In this document: positions 19,570 to 29,346 of the stretch, piece after piece
Layout of the letters: each line of letters opens with the position of its first letter
How positions within the stretch are numbered: the first letter of the stretch is position 1
NCBI GenBank assembly: GCA_035283985.1
Contig: DATESQ010000018.1
Location: 344-64,343, forward strand
Origin: Thermoplasmata archaeon
GTDB lineage: Archaea > Thermoplasmatota > Thermoplasmata > RBG-16-68-12
Reading direction: 5' to 3'
Length of the DNA stretch: 64,000 nt
Position numbers and translations under genes: made by a program
The notes under the pieces: model-generated
The model's database searches: none
Told to the model about the DNA's origin: nothing
The model's input: only the letters and a program-made list of their open reading frames with translations

Positions 19570-21699
19570 ATGGCAAAGGTCCTCGTCGCAATCGCCTGGC
19601 CCTACGCCTCAGGTCCTCGCCACATCGGCCATGCGGCGGCCACGTTCATCCCCGCGGACATCTTCGCGCGGTACCACCGCATGAAGGGCGACGACGTCCT
19701 CGTCGTCGGCGGGAGCGACATGCACGGCACGCCGATAACCGTTCAGGCGGATCGCGAGGGCGTCCCGCCGAGCGTGATCGCAGAGCGGTACCACGCCCTC
19801 CACGAGAAAAACATCGAGCAGCTCGGCGTGAAGTACGACCTCTACTGGAATACCGCGGACCCGAACCACAAGAAGTGGGTCCAGGAGATCTTCCTTCGAC
19901 TCAAGGAACGGGGTTACATCTACGAGGCGACGATGACCTCGCCGTACTGCCCGACGGACCAACGATTCCTCCCGGACCGGTATGTCGAGGGCACCTGCCC
20001 GCACTGCGGTTTCACCGCCGCGCGGGGGGACCAGTGCGAGAACTGCGGGAAACTTCTCGACCCCTTCGAGATGAAAGACCCGAAATGCCGCATCTGCGGG
20101 ACGACCCCGGTCCCACGGGAGACGAAGCACTTCTTCCTCAAGCTCATCGCGTTCCAGGAGAGGCTTGAGCGATGGCTTGCGACTGGTAAGGACCACTGGC
20201 GGACCCACGTCTTCACGTTCGCCCGGAGCTTCCTTGCGGAGGGCCTGAAGGATCGCCCCTTCACGCGCGACCTCGAGTGGGGCATCGAGGTCCCCGTCCC
20301 CGGGTACGAGACGAAGCGAATCTACGTCTGGTACGAGGCCGTGATGGGATATCTCACGGCGACGCGGGAGTGGGCGCGACGCCAGGGGCACGAAGAGGGA
20401 TGGCGGGACTGGTGGTACGACCCGGCGGCGCACCACTACTACTTCATCGGAAAGGACAACATCGTGTTCCACGCGATCATTTGGCCCGCGATGCTCTTGG
20501 CGCACGACGAGAAGCTCACCCTTCCCCACGACGTGCCCGCAACGCAATTCCTGAACATTAGCGGCGAGCGGATGTCCGCAGGCCGTGGACGCGGCGCGTG
20601 GCTGCCGGACATGCTCGAGCGGTTCTCTGCAGACCAGATTCGGTATTATGCGACGTCCACGATGCCGGAAACGAAAGACACGGAGTTCAGCTGGCAGGAC
20701 TTCGCGCAACGGAACAACGCGGAGCTCCTCGCGGTATACGGAAACTTCGTCCACCGCGCTCTCACGTTCGCAGCGAAGAACTTCGGCAGTACGGTCTCCG
20801 CCGCGGGCCTCCTCGACGGGGCGGACAAGACGATGATCCGAAACATCGAGGAGCAGTGGCGGAAGGTCGGCCAGAACCTCGAGTTCCTCCACCTTCGCGA
20901 CGCGCTCCGGGAGGCGATCCAGCTCGCGCGTTTCGGGAACCAGTACTTCGACCAGAAGGCCCCGTGGGATCTGATCCGACGGGACCGGGTCGCATGCGGC
21001 ACGGCGATTCACGTCGCCCTTCGCGTAAGCCGCGCCCTCGCACTCCTCATGGCGCCCTTCACGCCGTTCAGCTCGCAGTCCCTGTGGCACGCGCTCGGAT
21101 ACGAAGATGACGTCCACGCGCAGTCTTGGGACTCCGTGGTCGACGACATTCCGGCGGACCAGTCGCTGCGCGTGGGGAAGCCCCTCTTCGAGAAGATCGA
21201 GCTCGAGGCCGCGTCCGAGGACGAGCGGTTCGACGTGCGCGTCGGGCAGATCACCGATGTCCAGGACCATCCGAACGCGGACAAGCTCTACGTGATCCAG
21301 GTGAACCTCGGGGATGAGACCCGGACCCTCGTGGCGGGAATGAAGGCGAACTATGCAAAGGAGCAGATGAAGGGGAAGCGCGTCGCCGTGCTGTGCAATC
21401 TGGAGCCCGCGAAGTTGCGGGGCGTCCAATCCAATGGAATGGTCCTCGCGGCGGAGGACGAGCACGATGTCGGCCTCCTCATTTCCCCCGAGGACGCGCC
21501 CCTCGGCGCGCAGGTCCTCGGAGTGCGAGGTGCCCCGCGGCTCACGTTCTCGGAATTCCAGCGGCACAAGATCCGGGTCGCGGAGGGCGGGACCGTGACC
21601 TTCCATGGGGCGGAAGGCACAGGGGTCGTGCCGCTCCGGGTCGGTGACGCGCCCGTCCGCGTCGACAAACCCTTCCCGCCGGGGACGCCGGTCCGCTGA
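19570..21699 (+). CDS. metG: Methionyl-tRNA synthetase with C-terminal tRNA-binding domain
   Basis: HIGH, D.HGTPI, Zn knuckles, GKDNIVFH, HPNADKL. Confidence 0.96.
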   Translation: MAKVLVAIAWPYASGPRHIGHAAATFIPADIFARYHRMKGDDVLVVGGSDMHGTPITVQADREGVPPSVIAERYHALHEKNIEQLGVKYDLYWNTADPNHKKWVQEIFLRLKERGYIYEATMTSPYCPTDQRFLPDRYVEGTCPHCGFTAARGDQCENCGKLLDPFEMKDPKCRICGTTPVPRETKHFFLKLIAFQERLERWLATGKDHWRTHVFTFARSFLAEGLKDRPFTRDLEWGIEVPVPGYETKRIYVWYEAVMGYLTATREWARRQGHEEGWRDWWYDPAAHHYYFIGKDNIVFHAIIWPAMLLAHDEKLTLPHDVPATQFLNISGERMSAGRGRGAWLPDMLERFSADQIRYYATSTMPETKDTEFSWQDFAQRNNAELLAVYGNFVHRALTFAAKNFGSTVSAAGLLDGADKTMIRNIEEQWRKVGQNLEFLHLRDALREAIQLARFGNQYFDQKAPWDLIRRDRVACGTAIHVALRVSRALALLMAPFTPFSSQSLWHALGYEDDVHAQSWDSVVDDIPADQSLRVGKPLFEKIELEAASEDERFDVRVGQITDVQDHPNADKLYVIQVNLGDETRTLVAGMKANYAKEQMKGKRVAVLCNLEPAKLRGVQSNGMVLAAEDEHDVGLLISPEDAPLGAQVLGVRGAPRLTFSEFQRHKIRVAEGGTVTFHGAEGTGVVPLRVGDAPVRVDKPFPPGTPVR

Positions 21700-21711
21700 T
21701 GGAGCGTTCCA

Positions 21712-22113
21712 TCAACTCGACAGGACGACCGCGATCTGCTCCGTGACACGACCGATATGCAAGAGAATGAGCCCGAGGTTCGCATCCGGCCAGAGCAGGA
21801 CGGTGAGGACGAAGTCCTCCCCGACTTTTCGCGTGGCAAAGTCCCCCTCGACGGTCGTCGCAATCGTGTGGCCCGCCTCCCGCGGCCCATCTCATCTGCC
21901 GTGATGTCCGCAGTTCCGGCGAGGCCAGCGGAGAGCGCTGCAATCTTCGCGGAATCGAGGGTCCGAGGCAAAGCCCCGAGATGAAAATGCGATCCCGCCG
22001 GGCGAGAGCGACGAGCGACGGCCTCGACGCCCGGAAGGCGCTTCAGGCCGAGAGGACACCCTGAACGCGCGCATCGCCTCCGTGTTGTCGACGGCGGGGA
22101 GCACTCCCGCCAT
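21712..22113 (-). pseudogene. Frameshifted Roadblock/LC7-domain gene
   Basis: Roadblock-like segments in different frames: LKRLPGVEAV / VALARRD.IFIS / KIAALSAGLAGTADITADEMGRG / GDFATRKVGEDFVLTVL...ANLGLILL. Confidence 0.7.
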
Positions 22114-22206
22114 CGGTCCGACGACGGGGAGGCCTCCGGATGTGCCTTGTGGCGAGGGCATCGGAATCGAAAACCTTTTGACCGTTCGCGCGGAGCGGGT
22201 TGGGCC

Positions 22207-22875
22207 GTGATCCTGGACCTCCACAATCACACCCGCTACTCGCCCGACTCGAAGGTCGACCCCGTCGTGCTCGTGAAGCAGGCGCGAAGCCTGGGGCTGG
22301 CGGGAATCGGAATCACGGACCACAACGCCGTCGCCGGGGCGCGGGTGGCAGCGGAAGCTGCGAAGTCCTTCTCCGACTTCGTCGTGGTTCCCGGGGCGGA
22401 GGTTTCCACATCGGGCGGCCACGTCCTCGCGTACGGAGTCACGGAGGCAATCCCCCGCAATCTCACGCCCGTGGAGACAATTGAGCGAATCGTGGCGGCG
22501 GGCGGTGTTCCGGTCGCGGCGCATCCCTACAGGTTCTGGTCTGGCCTCGGGGAGGCGGCGACCCTCTCATCGAAGTTTGTCGCGTACGAGGTCGCCAACG
22601 CGCGCACGCTTCGAGTCGGGAACGAAAAGGCAGTCGTCCTCGCTGGCCGGACGAAGGTCGGCCGCACGGGCGGCAGCGACTCCCATTTCCTCCGGGAACT
22701 CGGACGTGGCGTGACGTCACTGGACCGCGGAGCGACGACGGTCGATGACATCCTGCAGGCGATCGCGTCCGGACGCACAGCGGGGATTGGTCTCCATCGG
22801 GGCCCGTGGGACTCAATCGTTTACGTCACAAAAGCCGTCGGCGAATGGCTGCTCCGAGGGATGCACCGGATCTAG
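22207..22875 (+). CDS. PHP-domain metallophosphoesterase
   Basis: DLHNHT.YS.D, ITDHN, G.EVS...GH, AHP, GGSDSH. Confidence 0.9.
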   Translation: MILDLHNHTRYSPDSKVDPVVLVKQARSLGLAGIGITDHNAVAGARVAAEAAKSFSDFVVVPGAEVSTSGGHVLAYGVTEAIPRNLTPVETIERIVAAGGVPVAAHPYRFWSGLGEAATLSSKFVAYEVANARTLRVGNEKAVVLAGRTKVGRTGGSDSHFLRELGRGVTSLDRGATTVDDILQAIASGRTAGIGLHRGPWDSIVYVTKAVGEWLLRGMHRI

Positions 22876-23231
22876 AGGTACTCTTCGATTTTTCGGGAGT
22901 ACCGCTCGAGTTGCGCCTTGATCATCGAAACGTCCGCGTCGCGGCGCGAACGCAGGACGAAAATCGCCTTCGGCCCGTCGTTGACGATCACGATCTTGCT
23001 CGACTCCATGTTCACGACGACGGTGTCGAGCCTCTCCTTCAGCTCCGACGTCGCGGTCTCCGCGGCGCCGACGAGAATCGCGAACATCGCGACGAACGTG
23101 TCCGGGAAAGCGCCTTCCGGGATCGTGCCTGCGAGGTACTGCCCGCTCCGGCTCACGAGGACCGCATCGTGCACGCCCTCGACAAGCTCAATCTCCTTAA
23201 GAATCGATTCGAGGGCGGCCTGGTCGGCCAT
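22872..23231 (-). CDS. Roadblock/LC7-domain protein
   Basis: GVHDAVLVSRSG, AM.A...GAAETA..EL. Confidence 0.88.
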   Translation of the reverse strand: MADQAALESILKEIELVEGVHDAVLVSRSGQYLAGTIPEGAFPDTFVAMFAILVGAAETATSELKERLDTVVVNMESSKIVIVNDGPKAIFVLRSRRDADVSMIKAQLERYSRKIEEYL

Positions 23232-23327
23232 CGTTACGGGGTCTCCGGGGGGAAATCGTTCCCGATTTTTCGGCCCATCCCGAGGAGCCGGCATAAAGGT
23301 TGCCATCTGAGAATCCCTGCGGAGAAA

Positions 23328-23747
23328 TCACGGGGTGCGAAATTCGCGAAGGGCGCGGGCCATCGTCACCGCGGCGTCGACCGCACGTTCCGCGTTCGCA
23401 ATCCGGCGCAGGGCAACCTTGTAGCTCATCCCGGGTCCCGTGATTCCGAGTCCAATCGGCTTTCCCGTCGCCGTCTGGAGGTCGAGGAGCTTCGTCGCGA
23501 CCGCGCGCGCGATGAGCTCGTCGTGCTCCGTCTGCCCCTTAATCACGGCGCCGATCGCGACGCCAGCGTCGATGTCCTCCCGCAGAAGGAGGCGGTGGAG
23601 CGCGAGCGGGATCTCAAACGTCCCCGGGACGCGGACCACCTCGGCCTTCACGCCGAGCGCCTTCGCCCGCTTCAACGCGCGCTGGACCATCTTGTCGGTG
23701 ACCTCGGCGTTGAACGACGCCGCAACGATCGCGAGCCGCACGGTCAT
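23328..23747 (-). CDS. ribH: 6,7-dimethyl-8-ribityllumazine synthase
   Basis: IVAASFN, VPGTFEIP, GAVIKGQT.HD, GITGPG. Confidence 0.93.
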   Translation of the reverse strand: MTVRLAIVAASFNAEVTDKMVQRALKRAKALGVKAEVVRVPGTFEIPLALHRLLLREDIDAGVAIGAVIKGQTEHDELIARAVATKLLDLQTATGKPIGLGITGPGMSYKVALRRIANAERAVDAAVTMARALREFRTP

Positions 23748-24214
23748 TTCACCCGGAGCGGGCCGGCGTCCGCGAAGCCCTCCCGCTGTCCCGTCCCCGC
23801 CAACTTCCGGAGCTCTTCGGGTCGGAACAGGAGGTCGTAGCAGTTGCTTGCGTGCTCCCGCGTGCGCCGATCGAAGAGCCACGCGAGCTCGGCCTCGTCC
23901 TTGGCCTCCTCCTCGTGGACCATAACGCCGAGGATGTGTTTCCCCGTGAGCGCCTGGACCATCTGGAGGCCGAAGTCTGCGGCGAGGGCGCAGTCCTTGT
24001 CGACGGGCTGCCGGCCGATCATCCCGAGCGCCATCGCGATATCGCACTTCTGCTCGTCGAACAGGATCCGGCACGCGGCGGAGAGATCCTTGACCCCGGG
24101 CACGGTGTACCGGACGATCGTGAACCCCCCGCCCTTCTTCTTCAGCTCGTCCGCGGCCGCCGAGGCCATGTCGTACCGCGCGAAGGACGTATCCGCGATC
24201 CCGATCCGCTTCAT
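23744..24214 (-). CDS. ribC: Archaeal riboflavin synthase
   Basis: IGIADTSFAR.DM, TVPGVKDL, VHEEE, AG.G.REG..D.GP. Confidence 0.93.
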   Translation of the reverse strand: MKRIGIADTSFARYDMASAAADELKKKGGGFTIVRYTVPGVKDLSAACRILFDEQKCDIAMALGMIGRQPVDKDCALAADFGLQMVQALTGKHILGVMVHEEEAKDEAELAWLFDRRTREHASNCYDLLFRPEELRKLAGTGQREGFADAGPLRVK

Positions 24215-24229
24215 GTCCGTTCCTCTCCA

Positions 24230-24718
24230 CTAGGTCCGGACCGGCGGCTCTTTCGGGGAGCCCTCCACGGCCTGGAGCTTCTCTTGGAGAGCGAGCCAGT
24301 CCGCGACTCGGCGGACGATCTTCCGGGTGCCGTCGAGGTCCCCCTCGAACTTCGAGAGTCGGACGACGCGCGTGTCCCGGAGACCCCGCTTCCGGCACTC
24401 CTCGAGGACCTTCTCCTCGGTGTGGACTTGGTCGTACCCGAGGACGATCACGTTCGGTCGAAGGTCGGCCAGGATCTCGTAGATGTTCCCCTCGTTCCCG
24501 AGGACCGCGCGGTCGACGGGCTTCAGAGCGCGGACCATCTCGAGGCGGCTCGACTCCGGAGTGATCGGCGGGTGCTTCAACCGCTTCGCGGTGGAATCCC
24601 GTGCGACGACGACGACAAGCTCGTCGCCCAGCTTCTTCGCCTCGTTGAGGAAGGCGATGTGGCCGGGATGGAGAAGATCGAACACCCCCGTCGCCATTAC
24701 TCGGACCATGCGCGCCAC
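24230..24718 (-). CDS. ribL: FAD synthase
   Basis: ATGVFDLLHPGH, LGYDQ; located in the rib operon. Confidence 0.9.
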   Translation of the reverse strand: MARMVRVMATGVFDLLHPGHIAFLNEAKKLGDELVVVVARDSTAKRLKHPPITPESSRLEMVRALKPVDRAVLGNEGNIYEILADLRPNVIVLGYDQVHTEEKVLEECRKRGLRDTRVVRLSKFEGDLDGTRKIVRRVADWLALQEKLQAVEGSPKEPPVRT

Positions 24719-25398
24719 GCTTCGACGATTTCCTGTCCTTCGAGGAAGACGAGATTTCGCCTCTGTGCATATTCCTTTGCGTCTTCCTTTGACAGGGCGC
24801 GGCCGTCGTCCCCGAGCATTTCACAGATCGTCGCCGAGGGAATCAGGCCCGCCATCGTCACGAGGCCCGTCGTGAGTTCCGTATGGCCTCGACGGTGCGC
24901 GAGTAGTCCGTCCGCTGCGTTCAGGATCGGGACGTGGCCGGGGGACCGGAACTGGCGGCCCATCGCCTCGGGCGCCCAGCCGTTCTCCCGTCGGCTCGCC
25001 TCCCCCACCAACTGGGCGAACCGCGAGATTGTGAGCGCGCGGTCCCGGTCCGTGATGCCCGTGTAAGTGTCGCGGTGGTTCACAGTAATCGAGAACGGCG
25101 ACGTCTTGTCATATGGGATGTCGTCCCCCACCGTGCCCTTGAGAATCGGATAGTTCTCGCCCGCATCGCGGAACACGTCCGCCACGAACGGCAATCCGAT
25201 CCGCCGGCGGGCGACTTCCGGGACCGTCGTGCAGATGAGGCCGCCAGCCTCCTTCCGAAGGGCCCGTACGACTTCGAAGGTGACGAACTCGGAGGCGACG
25301 GCCATGTCCGTTTCCTCCTCGCGTCCGTCCGCGTCGTAGACAAGGACGATGCTGCCGTTCCGAAGGGCTAGAAGGGCGCCTTCAAGGCTCGCCTTCAC
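24697..25398 (-). CDS. ribB: 3,4-dihydroxy-2-butanone-4-phosphate synthase
   Basis: YDADGREEETD, GGLIC, TGITDRDRA, FRSPGHV, R.GHTE, CEM. Confidence 0.95.
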   Translation of the reverse strand: MKASLEGALLALRNGSIVLVYDADGREEETDMAVASEFVTFEVVRALRKEAGGLICTTVPEVARRRIGLPFVADVFRDAGENYPILKGTVGDDIPYDKTSPFSITVNHRDTYTGITDRDRALTISRFAQLVGEASRRENGWAPEAMGRQFRSPGHVPILNAADGLLAHRRGHTELTTGLVTMAGLIPSATICEMLGDDGRALSKEDAKEYAQRRNLVFLEGQEIVEAWRAWSE

Positions 25399-25519
25399 GA
25401 GTCCGACGAAGTGGGGTGCACATATTAACTTTCTTGTAATTACCATAATTCCGGTTTACTTTCCTCGTGAGGAGCGAGGCGCGAACCCTTATGGAGCGCA
25501 CGGTCGTTCGCGCGTTGAC

Positions 25520-26548
25520 ATGCTCGAGCCCGTGGCGTGCCGGCGGGTCGACCGCTCCGGGATGCTCGGGATCGTCCAGTCGCTCCCACAGCAACTCCTC
25601 GACGGATACCGGGCGGCGGAGGCGGTGCAGATCGAGGCCCCGGCCCGCCTGTTCATCGCGGGGATGGGCGGATCCGCGATTGCGGGAGACCTCTTCGTCT
25701 CCTGGGCCGCAGACCGGTCGAAGGTCGCCATGGAGGTCGTGCGGGGCTACGTCCTTCCCCCGCACGCGGCGGCGCAGGACCTCCTCGTCGCGGTGAGCTA
25801 CTCCGGCGACACGGAGGAGACCCTGGCCGCGGTTCGCGAGGGCGCGAAGAGGAAGTGCCGGATCGTCGCGATCACCTCGGGCGGGAAGCTCGCGGACTGG
25901 GCCCAGCGCCATGGCGCGATGGTCGTCCGCGTCCCGCCGAAATTCCCGCCACGGGGCGCATTCGGATATCTGTTCTCCGCGCTTCCCGCGGTCATGGAGG
26001 ACTGGGTCTACGGGGACCTCGGAACCGAGCTCGAGCGCGCGGCCTCCCACCTGTCGCGACTCGCGCAGGAGTATCGGGTCGCGACGCCGTCAAGGTCGAA
26101 CCCCGCGAAGTCCCTCGCCCTGCGGCTCCGCGATCGTACGCCGATCGTGTACGGCGCGCCGCCATACGGGCCCGTCGCGCGCCGCTGGAAGACGCAGTTC
26201 AACGAGAACGCGGAAGTCCTCGCGTGGGCTTCCGAGTTCCCGGAGGCGGACCACAACGAGATCGTCGGCTGGAGCGGGGACCCGAACGCGAAGCGATTCC
26301 TCCCGATTCTTTTCCGCGACAAGGAGGAGACGACAGAGATCCGGCGCCGCCTCGATGCGACCCGCGGGATCATGGAACGCTGGACGGAGCTCCATGAAGT
26401 CCGAGACCGCGGCGAGACGCTTCTCTCCCGGATGCTCGGCACCCTGTACCTCGGCGACTTCGTGAGCGTGTACCTCGCGGTCCTCCGTGGCATCGACCCG
26501 ATGCCTGTCAAGGCGATTGATGAGCTCAAGAAACAGCTCGCCGCGTGA
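25520..26548 (+). CDS. Bifunctional phosphoglucose/phosphomannose isomerase
   Basis: GMGGSAI.G, SYSGDTEET, RWKTQ.NENA, PE..HNEI. Confidence 0.92.
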   Translation: MLEPVACRRVDRSGMLGIVQSLPQQLLDGYRAAEAVQIEAPARLFIAGMGGSAIAGDLFVSWAADRSKVAMEVVRGYVLPPHAAAQDLLVAVSYSGDTEETLAAVREGAKRKCRIVAITSGGKLADWAQRHGAMVVRVPPKFPPRGAFGYLFSALPAVMEDWVYGDLGTELERAASHLSRLAQEYRVATPSRSNPAKSLALRLRDRTPIVYGAPPYGPVARRWKTQFNENAEVLAWASEFPEADHNEIVGWSGDPNAKRFLPILFRDKEETTEIRRRLDATRGIMERWTELHEVRDRGETLLSRMLGTLYLGDFVSVYLAVLRGIDPMPVKAIDELKKQLAA

Positions 26549-26561
26549 GCCGCGAGGGAGA

Positions 26562-26678
26562 CGCCGAGGGGGAGATTTTCAGGCACCGCCAAGGATTCGA
26601 ACGGGCCTTTTGAACTCCCGGGGCCTTTCGACCACCAGCTTTCCAGACTGGCGCCCTACCGGACTAGGCGACCTCGGC
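26562..26678 (-). tRNA. tRNA-Ser(GGA) with a 33-nt intron at 59/60 (26576-26608)
   Basis: Acceptor GCCGAGG/CCTCGGC plus G73; anticodon arm CCAGT-CT-GGA-AA-GCTGG; long variable arm; perfect BHB TTCA-AAA/TGAA-AAT in the T-loop; TTAAATAA box upstream. Confidence 0.93.
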
Positions 26679-26705
26679 GCGGGCTTCGCATTCGAGGGAC
26701 GTTAT

Positions 26706-27842
26706 TTAAGGGCTCGCCCCTGGACCCTTGCGGGCGCGCGCAACACGCCGCCACGCCGCGGGATGGCTCATCGCGAGGACCTCAAAGAGCCGAGGCGGAC
26801 GCGCGAGGGACAGGTTCGCGTCGTGCAGCTTCGCCATCGCACTCGCGAATGCGTCCCGCTTGCCGGTGAGTTCGAGGGCGAACCGATCCGCGCGGTCCTC
26901 CCTCCATCGGGAAAACGCGTGTTCGAGCGGACCAATCGCGGAGGAAATGATCGCGGTGATGAGCATGATGACGGGGAGCCCCGCGAGGTCGGAGATTCCC
27001 TCGAGGTTCAACGGTCCGACAACCTCCGGTAGTGCGGACCGGAGGATTCCGAGCGTGACGAACGACGTTGCGGCGAGCCCACCGAGGCCGACTATCGGAT
27101 CTCGGTGCTTCTGATGGGCGAGCTCGTGCGCGAGGATTGATTCAACCTCGTCGGGCGTTTGGTCCTGAAGGAGCGTGTCTGTGACGATGACGCGACGCGT
27201 GCGTCCCATTCCGGCGAGGGCTGCGTTCGAGCGCCTTGTTTTCTCCGAGGCCCGCAGGACGAAGACCCCGAGGACGGGGATCCCCGCTCGGGACGCGAGA
27301 GCGCGGAAACGCTCCTCGAGATTCGCATCCGCGAGCCGGTCGAGCCGGAAGAACAGGCGCACGAGGATGACCGGGGCGACGATGGACCCGAGGAACGCAA
27401 CCGCGATCCCGAGAAGCCAGGCAAGGATCCACCACTCCGACGGGAATTCACGGAGGAGGAAGTACAGGATCTCCACCGCGACGAGCGAGAACGCGTATCC
27501 GAGGAGAACGGACTTGAGCAGATCGCGGACCCACCCGGGCCATCCTTGGCGGGACAGTCCGTAGCGGCGCTCGAGGACGTGGCTGTACGCGGAGAACGGA
27601 GCACTGAGGGCCGCGAGCGCAAGATAGAGGGTCGAGAAATACTCCAGCGTCGCGACCCAGGCCGCGCCAGGGCGGGTCGCCTCCCGGAGCGCGTGGGACC
27701 CGCCAAGCGCGATGAAGAGCCCGACGGCCGCACCGAACACCCCGATTCGGAGGACGCTCACCCGCACCCGGGTTCCGAAGAGTTCACGCGCGAGGCGTTG
27801 GCTTTCGATGGAGAAGCCGAGGGGGTCCGCGATCTCCGGCAC
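26706..27842 (-). CDS. M48 (Ste24/HtpX-like) membrane zinc metalloprotease
   Basis: NAAL.G.G..RR, AHELAH, SR..E..AD.FA, SHP....R. Confidence 0.92.
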   Translation of the reverse strand: MPEIADPLGFSIESQRLARELFGTRVRVSVLRIGVFGAAVGLFIALGGSHALREATRPGAAWVATLEYFSTLYLALAALSAPFSAYSHVLERRYGLSRQGWPGWVRDLLKSVLLGYAFSLVAVEILYFLLREFPSEWWILAWLLGIAVAFLGSIVAPVILVRLFFRLDRLADANLEERFRALASRAGIPVLGVFVLRASEKTRRSNAALAGMGRTRRVIVTDTLLQDQTPDEVESILAHELAHQKHRDPIVGLGGLAATSFVTLGILRSALPEVVGPLNLEGISDLAGLPVIMLITAIISSAIGPLEHAFSRWREDRADRFALELTGKRDAFASAMAKLHDANLSLARPPRLFEVLAMSHPAAWRRVARARKGPGASP

Positions 27843-27846
27843 GAGG

Positions 27847-28803
27847 TCACTTCCAGAGCGCAGGATACGTGCCCGGGTCCATGAGGACGCGCTTCGTGTC
27901 CGCGGCGAGCCCCGACTTCGCGACGACGATCTCGTCCGAGGTCATCATCGCGGTCGCGATTGCGACGCCCTCGCCCTTCGCCGTGAGGACTGCGATGAGC
28001 TCGCCCTTCTTGATTCCCTGGGAGAGCTTCGCGACGCCGGGGACCGCGAGGTTAGAGCCATGGCAGATCGCGTCGACCGCGGTATCCTTGATCACAATCT
28101 TTCGGATGTGCACAAGGAGGGCTTCGACGGGTCGGAGGAGCGCCCGAAGCGGACCCTCGTCTCCATCCTCCGTCCACGCGACGTACGCGTCCTTGAGAGT
28201 CAAAAGGCTCTGCGCGTCCTTCTCCTCAAACGAGGCCGTGCGGGTCCGTCGGAGATCGAGCATGTGCCCGCCGACGCCGAGCGCTTCCCCGATGTCGTTG
28301 CATAACGTCCGGATGTACGTCCCGGACTCGCAGCGCGTCCGGAACAGGACGAGGCGGCCCGAGAACTCGAGAGGCTCGAGCGCGTACACGGCGCGGATCC
28401 GCCGCTCCCGCTTCACCGCGGAGCGAACGGGAGGTGTCTGATAGATCTCTCCGACGAACCGCTCCATCATCTCCCGGACCTTCCGTTCCTCGACGTCCTG
28501 ATGGAGCTGGAGCACGCCGACGTACTCCTTGTCCCCGGACAGCATCGCGTCGAGCGCCCGGGTCGCGTCATTGAGGCCGATGGGTAAGACGCCCGTGACC
28601 CGCGGGTCGAGGGTCCCCGCATGGCCCGCGCGGGTGGCCTTCAGGAGGTCTCGGACCCAGGCGGACACTTGGTGCGAGGACGGACCTTGCGGCTTGTCCG
28701 CGACGAACACGCCGAACCGGAGGAGCTGCTCGATCGACCGTTCCTCGGGCCGGGTTCCGTGGCGGCTCTCCGAGGGCTCGTGGAGAACAATCATCTCGCC
28801 CAT
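27847..28803 (-). CDS. cbf5: H/ACA RNA-guided pseudouridine synthase Cbf5
   Basis: DKP.GPSSH, GH.GTLDP, Q.PP..SAVKR, GTYIRTLC, PUA domain. Confidence 0.95.
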   Translation of the reverse strand: MGEMIVLHEPSESRHGTRPEERSIEQLLRFGVFVADKPQGPSSHQVSAWVRDLLKATRAGHAGTLDPRVTGVLPIGLNDATRALDAMLSGDKEYVGVLQLHQDVEERKVREMMERFVGEIYQTPPVRSAVKRERRIRAVYALEPLEFSGRLVLFRTRCESGTYIRTLCNDIGEALGVGGHMLDLRRTRTASFEEKDAQSLLTLKDAYVAWTEDGDEGPLRALLRPVEALLVHIRKIVIKDTAVDAICHGSNLAVPGVAKLSQGIKKGELIAVLTAKGEGVAIATAMMTSDEIVVAKSGLAADTKRVLMDPGTYPALWK

Positions 28804-29339
28804 GACGCCACGCGCTCCCCGATGAGTGCGACGATCGCCTCGGGCGTTTGGTTCGAGGAGTCAATCACGAGGTCGAACCCGGACGCGTCCTGCACCTCGA
28901 TCCCGTAGATCTTGAGGTACCGCGTCCCCTCGGATCGCTCTCGCTCGAGGATTTCCTGCCGCACATCCGAGACGGGCTTCCCTTCGCGCCCGGCGACACG
29001 CGCGGAGCGGACCTCGAGAGGTGCGTCGATGAGGACCTTGAAGCACGGGATCCCGCGCCTCGCGAGGAGCCAGGGTTGGAGCCGACCGTCGACGACGACG
29101 TTCTGTCGCTTCGCGGCCCGCCGCTCGACGTCCGCAGCGACCGCTGCGTCAAGCTTCTGGTCAACCTCCTTGTGGGCCTCCGCGTACGCACCGAACCGCT
29201 CAAGCGTCATCCCGCGGTCCGCGGCCTCCTTTCGGAAGATCGCGCCCGCGGAAATCAGCTCACAACTATGGGCGTGCGCGAACGCCTCCGCGACTGTCGT
29301 CTTGCCGCTCCCCGGAGGACCGCTGATCGCGAGGATCAT
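28791..29339 (-). CDS. cmk: Cytidylate kinase
   Basis: ISGPPGSGKTT, SAG.IFR, RY..IYGI. Confidence 0.9.
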   Translation of the reverse strand: MILAISGPPGSGKTTVAEAFAHAHSCELISAGAIFRKEAADRGMTLERFGAYAEAHKEVDQKLDAAVAADVERRAAKRQNVVVDGRLQPWLLARRGIPCFKVLIDAPLEVRSARVAGREGKPVSDVRQEILERERSEGTRYLKIYGIEVQDASGFDLVIDSSNQTPEAIVALIGERVASWAR

Positions 29340-29346
29340 CGACCGC

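Noticed and set aside
19609..21606. Long antisense ORFs (e.g. 19609-21606, 36728-38128, 44348-46147)
   Set aside because: Shadow frames of well-supported genes, typical of high-GC DNA
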